A stretch of 58,519 nucleotides of DNA, counting the filler, from Sphacelaria rigidula (taxonomy: Eukaryota), in assembly GCA_964200075.2 (NCBI GenBank). It is 7 parts of 7 records of this genome, joined end to end, with 100 filler letters (N's around TTAATTAATTAA, not from the genome) between each part and the next. Parts side by side here need not be neighbours in the genome. Positions count along the whole stretch, not along the records: positions 50,247 to 58,519 come from CAXNAA020011700.1; 6 more parts are not named here. One strand, written 5' to 3'. A program made the position numbers and the translations under genes. Shown here piece by piece: positions 50,147 to 58,519 of this stretch. The notes beneath the pieces are model-generated. The model was not told the origin of the DNA. It saw only the letters and a list, made by a program, of their open reading frames with translations, and made no database searches. The first letter of the stretch is position 1. Each line of letters opens with the position of its first letter.

Positions 50147-53049
50147 NNNNNNNNNNNNNNNNNNNNNNNNNNNNNNNNNNNNNNNNNNNNTTAATTAATT
50201 AANNNNNNNNNNNNNNNNNNNNNNNNNNNNNNNNNNNNNNNNNNNNCGAAAGGGATGCGTGGTCAATGGTCACACGAGTAAGGCAAGCAACAAATGAGTA
50301 CGCCCCCCCCCCCCCACACTTGACGTGAATTTGAATAAAATATTCTGATAAACTTAACTTGAGTTATATACAGAGATAACCAGGTGAATCCCCAGGGGTT
50401 TCCTCTGTACAACTCCGGTGATCATTTGCTGGGCATGCAGATGAAGGTAAGTTTTGCACTTGTCGAGTCGTGTACTCGGACACAGTCCATCTTCCCTCTC
50501 GCCATCACCTGTTTGTTTTCATGTACGCCCAGGTATCTCTCACGTTTGACCATGGTTGGAAAAAGTATGAAAAGCCTTGAAAAGGTAACATGCGTGAGTG
50601 CCAACTTTAGCGAGCCAGTGGGAATCCTGCATTCGCCACGCGGTTACAATTTCAGTCGTCGGAAACCCGGGCGGTCTCTAGCGGGAGGCTGACCTTGGTG
50701 AATGGAAAAGTTCATCTCACCTTGGAGTCAATGCACTCGACGTCCAGCACAGCGAGGAAAGACTCGTGTGGATTAACTCCGCCAATCGTTACTGTTTGCA
50801 GGGTGTTGGGGCAGGCCGTAAGGTGAAGCTGTCCGGTCGTAGCGTTCAGTAAGCTGCAGCAGCGTTAAAACAAACGTCGGAAAGCTACATTATAGGGATG
50901 GAACTATCAGGTCAGTCTGAGTTGATACTATTTTTGGCCATATTTCAGTCCCTCTCCTTCCTCGGGACGAGTACGTAGTCTCACGGGACCAACCCATCTC
51001 TCCCCTGGTACCTAGCTGATATTATGGTGTCGCGGTTTGGATTCTGACCAGCAGTCCCGCACCGCGTCGACTCTCGTGGGGTTTTTGGCTGCTCGCGGCT
51101 TCACGCTTTCAAGGATGGAAGCCAGATTCCACCCCAAAAATCGTATTTATCCGGAAACGACCTTTCAACCTTGCGTACCACCCAGGTATCGCTATTCCAG
51201 TAAGAACACCGGGGCGTGCGGCAGCATACCAATATTATTACGAGTCCAAACTCCCGGCATCTATCGCAGAGAGCGGGTACCTGAGCACAGATGATTCGAC
51301 TAGAAACAAACTTCACCAAGCCACGAAATCTCAAAGCCCGCGTGAATGACGCTTGCAGATGGGCGGAGCAGAAACCGCTGATCAATGGAACAGTGCGTTT
51401 TTCAGGATATTACTGAGTTATTATACGTCAGGCTTTCGTGTTCATTATGTAGTATATCAGGAGAGACTCGGTATCATGAAGGGAGAGGAGGGAGGAGAGG
51501 CTCTATTGATAGTTCATAAGGGTATGAATTAAGCGCCGATATCAATTACCTGTATCGATACTTCATCGAAAACTCAGTTTCCGTACGAGGTGAAGTGTGA
51601 CGTCCGGCGATTTGGTCGTAATTTAACTCAATCGAACGCGTTGCGCGCAGCGAGCCGAATGCTTGAACTGTTCACCCGCCGATTTTTCGTACCACCACCG
51701 CTGCGGAACACTTCATTCATAGCGACCACTCCTTTCAAACCCATAAGGACTTAGCCCTGACGGAGTAATATAGCTCTTGCATCTCCCGCCTAAGGGGGGT
51801 TTGAGGAACGAGCAATGAAGTGACTGTGAAGATTTCAAGCGGGCTATAACTTTACGATCAAAGGAGTTCGGCGCATGTAGAGTCTAGGCATCATTTGCTC
51901 CGAGACGATGAGGTAGCCGTCCCAGAGACTTGTAAACCGACCTGTAGGCATCGGCGCAGATGAACGCCGGATCAATATCGGGGTTCAGCATAGTGGTCTC
52001 CATTTTTCTTGTTTTGGTGAGTAAGATGGGCTCTAGACTTCGTCGCGGGAGTTCCAAGTGCCAAGTGGCGCCCACCTAATACGAGACCACACACGACGGC
52101 GCGCCCTCCGTCTGAGGCTCGTAAATCTTTCGGTATGAATGACTACAAGTACCGCTCACGCGATCACTGCCTCACGGTGATCTCTGCGCATCACGGCTAA
52201 TGTTTCAGGTTATACGTGCACGACAAACGTTATCACAAGCCCCAGGCGTGGCACGACCGTTAGGGCCTAGTATTAGCCTGTTTCTATACAGGAGCTGCCT
52301 ATGCGACCAAAATGAAAACTCCAATCCCCGTTGAAAAACACCGTCGAACCGACTTCCAACCGGTGGCCTGGGCGCTTGAGACGTGAGTCGAGGCTTGGGC
52401 GAAGAACAGTCGACACGAACCACAGTAGACGAGTGCCTGGTGTATTTTCTCCGACTTTTTCACCATCATCCTTCTTTCGCAAAACCACTTTGTCTATTTT
52501 TCTTCTGGCCCCATTTTGCTTTCGTTTTGCCCCAGCCTCCCTACCTAAAATCATCCGGCAGGAACCCCTCCTAAAAATTTGTCGAGACCAATGCGAGGTC
52601 TTCGCCTCACGTGCTTTCTTTAATTATTTCTCGTTCCCTTCCATGCCATTTTGTCGTTTCGTTTTCTTTCCTAACTCTCCGGGAATGATCCGCACTCCCG
52701 CACCGCATCGATTTCGACATCTCTTTTCCTATTCACGTCCTCACGTGTTTGACGATGATAAACCAGACACACCTTAGAAATACACCCCATTGCCCCCCTG
52801 ACCGGGTGAAAGATACGCAGAACCAGTCGGAACACCGCCGGACATTGGTATCTTTTTGCAGTCGCATCTGTTCGCGTCCTTCCTTTTCGAAACGACTTCG
52901 GGAAGGAAGCAGATGAACAAAATCCACTTGACCCACTTTCACAGTCAACGCGTATGGTGCGATGTTGATGTCGCACTTCGTATTCACTGCTTGTATCACC
53001 TCTATCATAGAGTGTGTGGTGCACTGTCAAGTCCTCTATGTGTTAGCTG

Positions 53050-54629
53050 ATGATTCACCGCTTGTATTCACAGACCCATCGACCTTCCAAGTGGCTATCC
53101 TAACTATATGTGGGGGTAATCTAAGCACCTGACGACGCTGCCGTGCTCCTCGAAGCTGACGATGTGATGCATCAGCGGGCAACTGAGTATCCTCGCAGGC
53201 TTCCTGACCGACAAGTCGAAACGGGTGTCGTGTGTCCACTGCAACGTCTCGTCCGCCCAGCATCGTACAGCCTGCCCCAAGAATACAAGTGACTTCAGAA
53301 ACACATCTTTTTTGCATATGAAATAATGTAAACACCGGATATATAATGTCAGCAGCGGCTTCCTACAAACTTTCAAGTTTTGCCCATTCTGTTGCGAAGA
53401 GTGCACATGGGTCACCCAGTATTCCTGATGATTGCCAGCATACAAGTGCCGTATTGTCATCGTGACTCTTGTGAGGATTCAAGGCAGAATCTCCATATTG
53501 CAGCACTCGACATGGTTACCAACAACCAATACTCTCCGCGTTTTCTGAAGTTCGCGGTTTTCTCTGAAATCTCACGTTTCCTCTGAGATGTACAATGTGT
53601 TGAGCATAGAAACCACCTCCTCATGCTCACACTGCTGGTACTGTGGCATACGATGCTGGATCCTGGAAGTTGAGGTTGGATTCTCAAATGGGGCTGAACC
53701 TACCTTCCGAGAATGCACATTTTCCCCTGGAACAGGTTTGCAAAAGCAACTAAGTGAGGATTTTATTCGACGCATTCTACGATAGCCCCCCCCCAAAAAA
53801 ATGCCTGGTTTGGGGAGGCAAAATTTTCACGTCTATCGAAATGGAAAAGGCCGAGCACAATGAGCAGCTAGGAATTCCCACGCTCGGGTTCGTTCTCGCC
53901 AATGTCGACCATGTGAGGCGCTTCATGCAGCCTGAACCCAAACATCAGGCGCTGTATGTCCATTTTTTCCGTGACACTTTTGGGCTGATTTCGGGAGGGG
54001 GGGCTATCGTAAAACGTGTCATTCGTCCGTTGAAACGTCCCCTAGCTTGCCTTGTCGCGCATGGTTGCTCCGGCCTCCAAGGCCCTATGTATCTCCTTCA
54101 GTACATTTGAAACGGCTCCCACCAGGTGAGAGGAGGAACTTTTGTCGGCTTCCTTCGGGTGTCATCAAGCATTGTTCCGGTCTTCCCGAAGGTCTCTCGA
54201 CATCATAAAAGAGGGATCACTTGTATGAGAAGTAAAGTGCCGCCGTTGGTGTTTCGGAACATGAATTCCGTTGCTGGAAACGTTTTACAGATGTGAAGAA
54301 TTGGAACTTTTATAGGTGGAGAACTTTCCGCTCATTGCGAATTTTCCTAGGGCTCGAGAAACACTCCGGCGTCATGTTCTTCAAAGACGAGGGAATACGA
54401 TGGAAAGTGGTTTCCCTCACCTGGCGAGAGCCGTTTCGAATGTACGAAACGGAGATACATATGGCTTTGGACACCGGAGCAACAATGCGCTACACGGCAT
54501 GCGAAGGAAAATTTCAACCGACAAATAGAATCCTAGGTTGGTTGGTTGTACAAAACTGTTCCGGAGGAAGCATGATTTTTCGGAAGGTGGGTTCAGCCCC
54601 ATTTGAAACTTCAACCTCATTTTCAAGGA
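53050..54629. pseudogene. Decayed ORF region with an inverted paralogous duplication
   Basis: 53661-53767 plus 54027-54131 are reverse-complementary to 54416-54629; both read LTW.EPF.MY..EIH.AL..GATMR; multiple stops and frameshifts. Confidence 0.5.
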
Positions 54630-54982
54630 CCCTTCCCCATCAGGGTAACTAGTAAGTGGGTACCTCTGCGTCTCGGTTGCGAGATGCGATTTTTTTTATG
54701 GTTCGTCAGAAACGTTCGGTAGGGTATATCATCACTCATGCTCAGCGAGTCGTGAAAGAACGCATCCATCCGCATGCGCTACACCAAGCTGCTCGTGCTA
54801 CCTGTTTCAAGACGTATTGTTTTCACTTCAAGCGCGCCCTCATGCATGTGTTCTCTGTATTGTCATGTCGCGTTTTCCCCACCTCGCTGTGCGTATTTAT
54901 CATCGCGGCCTCCACCCAGAACGTGGTGAACTGCTCCCACGCCAGCGTGTCCTCGCCGGAACTAAGCCCAGCATTTGGTCCA

Positions 54983-55375
54983 CCGTCACTGATGTAGACC
55001 GTAGATGATACGTCACATTACAACCGCAACATTATCAGGTGTGTTGTCGAGGGGAGACAGCATCGGGCGTTGGCTCGTGTTCGATACCACACGTGGGTCA
55101 CAACACCAGAGGACTTCTTGATGAGAGATGATTATTTAAGCGGTTTCATGCTATCCGGTGAGCTAGATTTCCGTGAAAACCGGACAGACAATACTTGCTG
55201 GATACGAGAGAAGGTCACGTTTGGTCCCTCGTCTGTATCTCGTTTGATTGTGCGCGTGTGGTATTGTTTTGATCGAATTTGTTTTTCCGCCGTCACTGAT
55301 GTAGACCGCAGATGACGCGTCACAGGAACATCACAACCGCAACATTATCAGGTGTGTTGTCGGGGGAAAACAGCA
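54983..55375 (+). repeat. ~80-bp direct repeats flanking ~230 bp
   Basis: CCGTCACTGATGTAGACCG.AGATGA..CGTCACA..ACAACCGCAACATTATCAGGTGTGTTGTCG at 54983-55062 and 55290-55375. Confidence 0.85.
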
Positions 55376-58150
55376 CCATTTCCTTTCCCTTCCTTTCCGT
55401 CTCTTCCCTTCCCTTCCCTTCCCTTCCTTTTCTCTCTTTTCCATTTCTGTCTTTTACTACAATGGTGTTTTTCTTCGTTTCGTCTCTGGGATTTTGTTCG
55501 GTTTGCTCTGGTTGATCTATTACTGTTCATCTTTCCCCTTCCTCGATTTGTCTTTAGCGAGAGCTTTCGTTTTGTTTATCTTGGGTACGACGTATCTTGT
55601 AGATAATGGCCACGGCTGGATCATGAGTCGTAGGGAATCAGTTTATATGCGACAGTAAACCAAGCAAACAAGCAAGCAAGCAATTCTATTCAAATTGGTC
55701 GGATTCTCCGTGAAATCGGATAGGCAGTGCTCACAGCATTACACCCGGCAGTTCTATTTCGTTAGTTAAAGTAGGTGAACGGTGTCGTTGGGTTTCCAAA
55801 TCATCAACCCTTCCGGAAGACACGCCGTACTGCCTACCATACTCTATGCAACAGGAATGCCAATACAATACTGAAGTGATCGTCGTTGCTTGACGAAGAC
55901 ACAGCGACCAGGAGATTGTGATTATACATGGGGCATGAAGGCTAACACAACTAACTATAGATCGATTGCTACTGGATTACCGCGTTTATCATGCACCCAT
56001 TTGTATTGAAATTGGAGACGTAAAACCGATGTCTACATAAATCACGAAGGGCCGCACGTGGAAAAAGGTGAGCATTAACAACTATATTCATGTCCATTCT
56101 CTGTAGAATTGGACAAAAAATATTCGCATGAAACGTGGCGTTTCTGTCTCTGTGGCCTCTAGACCGCAACTTGAGCCTACTTTCTTCCATGAAGTTTGCA
56201 ATGGTACACTCCGAAGTGTATGCGCTGCAGCGGTGTCGACCACCACATCCTTCATCACTTAATTCTGGACGTATCTATCATTTTGAAGGTCTTGAACCAT
56301 CGGCCATGCTTGATCTGTTCTTGTATCGGAATCCCTCACTTGTCTGTTATTGACAACTCTACCTCCTACTTCAAGCTGTTGATTTTTCCGACCAAACTTG
56401 AGGCTGAGAAAGTCTGCATTTGATCGCAGAAATGCACTTTGCGGTAATCCTCACCTATTTTCGGGAAAAAATGGTGAGGATGCTATTTTTTGGTCACCGA
56501 ATCGCTTGAATGTGTCCTAGTTTTTTTTTTTCACACGGTTGAAACTGAAAGACTGTTTCAGGCGAACCCCTGGAGTTCCAGGTTAACCGGTTGACGTTTT
56601 CAACACCACAATACACATTGCAAAAACTGGACCCGGCCGGAAAAAGCAATGCTTCCAATATCATATTGTCTTCTCGAGTTCTACGGACAGAAATTCCCGA
56701 AAGAGTAGAGTCTTCGTAGATTTCAGGGCCCCTTTCCACAGCGTATGTTTAAGAAGCCAAAGGGTTCGGAAGTAGTCATGAGGATTCCCATCATCAACAT
56801 AATAATTTGTTGGATTTCATTCAGAAGACATTGGCGAAGGGAGATAGATCTTGAAGTGCCTCCAAAATTCAACGCCTATTTACTCTACAAAATAGAGCAA
56901 TCAGGTGCAACCTGATGCCGAAGAGCGTTAAATTCCTGAATCTATGTCTGCTGGAGTACGACTGCACAGAGCAACAACGCGCAACATTCACGACCTAACT
57001 GGTGCAGCTGGTGTTTCCTCTTAGCAGTTGCCCAGGCCATCCCCCTGTTACCTCCTAATGCTTTATAGAGTAGATCGATCGGAAGGCTGGTCAACTCCAC
57101 TCTTTCTCTTTTACCGCCTGATTCATGGCCGAAACACTGGGGTCGTCGCTCCTGCGTGGTCAAGCTAACGGTACTTTGGGTGGACCGTTTTATACGGTTC
57201 GAATCCCGAAAAAGTGGACTTTTGCCCCTAAGTCTCGAGAACGAGAGTTGGCAACTAAAATTCGACGAACAGGTGCGAAAGGGCTGGTCCGACGCTGCTC
57301 GATTAAGTACAAGATAGGCTCCGGGAGGGAGATAGGGAGATACCTTGAGACTACAGACTCCTTTGGAGAAAAGGGTAGTAAACTGACAGCACGGCGACAA
57401 GAAAACAGCAAGGTTCGAGTCAAGGATACTTGGCCGTGTTTTGCCTCCTATTTATGGATATTCGATTGATTACATTTGGAGAAAAAAATGATAATTTTCC
57501 ACTTGCCTCTTATCCCCGGATATTTGATCAAATAGATCGGAAAGAAGGCTGGTCAGCTCCACACGCTGGTGCTCGTGCTGAAGCTGGGCGTGCGCTCGCA
57601 GAAGGACCTGTGGAGGGAACCTATGTCAGAATATCGCTAGATTATCCTTACTTTTTGCCACAGCGCTGCTGTTCGTTGAGGTTGAGTAATGCGAAGCGAT
57701 ACACTGTAATCCAGAGAAACCCAGAGAACCACCTGCCTGTGCACTCGGCGTGTTGGGATTGACCAATGACATAGGTCATGTCTTAGCACGGGTGAGATTG
57801 GAGAAGCAAGATACATTTCGTGTTGGTGCGGCCATCGTGCTGACACCAGGTAGGATTCATGAATAAGGCTTGGACGACAATATAAGCCCTAGACCTTGGC
57901 ATAAGGCCTGGAGTCCTCAACCATGGCAGAGGGTCTGCTGCAAACGCTTTGGCAGGAATGTTATTCCGCTTGAGAAGCCATGCAAGTATCCAGTCCGACT
58001 GTCGGTCATCTACATCTACCCGTATGGATTATCCCCCAGTAATATTGAACATCGAGGAGCGTTACCCTGAGCGAAAATTCGAGTTTCCGAAACATATGCA
58101 CGGCCGGCTATTCTAACATGCCGTTGTCAGAAAACGTACACCCTGCTCAC

Positions 58151-58271
58151 CCAGAGCATGTTCGTGAGAAACGTCTCCTTGTTGATGCCCGCAGCTCCTC
58201 CTGCGGTCCAATCATTCCGCAGCACGCCCAGGTCCTCAAGGGGGAGCAAGCTCACAATATCGTACACGCGT
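58151..58271 (-). CDS. Exon of an unidentified gene (degenerate EF-hand-like segment); a possible first exon starts at ATG 58519
   Basis: TTTTTTTTGCGGCAG| acceptor and TGG|GTGAGC donor; RVYDIVSLLPLEDLGVLRNDWTAGGAAGINKETFLTNMLW. Confidence 0.55.
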
Positions 58272-58519
58272 CTGCCGCAAAAAAAACATACGGTTGGAAT
58301 CACATCCAACTCCTTTTCATAAATCGGCCGTCCTTCAGTATTACTACCTCGACCGCTCCATTTACATGGGCACCCGCGCAGATTGAGTCTATCGCGGCCG
58401 ACATGTTTCTTTTCACTGTGATTGTCGCCCCCCCCCCCCCCCCCCGCCCCGCTCGGCGGCGACCCGGCGTGCCCCGTCCCGGGCTTGGGTGGTTGCGGGG
58501 GCGAGGGGTTGGTGGACAT

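Overview
Eukaryotic, intron-rich, repeat-rich DNA, most likely a brown alga or other photosynthetic stramenopile (inferred from gene style and repeat types). It is not one continuous locus. Seven contigs of 8275, 8275, 8274, 8274, 8274, 8274 and 8273 bp are joined in size order by identical 100-nt spacers (N44-TTAATTAATTAA-N44), so adjacency across gaps means nothing. Spliced genes reconstructed: (1) the 3' five exons of a Ca2+/calmodulin-dependent protein kinase (154-5699); (2) three internal exons of a protein with a P-loop/AAA_33 polynucleotide-kinase-like domain, a long Trp/Gly-rich disordered region and a CUE-like domain, resembling N4BP2/NONU-1 (17500-19878); (3) the last four exons of condensin II kleisin CAP-H2/NCAPH2 (26857-31548); (4) the start of an unidentified minus-strand gene at the window end. 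Two of nine fully resolved introns need GC donors. The rest is a tRNA-derived SINE family, several 5'-truncated retroposon tails (ending in (CA)n, (CAAT)n, (ATA)n and, unusually, poly(C)), several long foldback MITEs, tandem arrays and decayed ORFs. The best hunt candidates are a ~390-nt highly structured segment with RNase MRP-like architecture (13511-13901), the PNK-Trp-rich-CUE protein, and an inverted pair of decayed paralogous ORFs, one with faint TET/JBP-like motifs.
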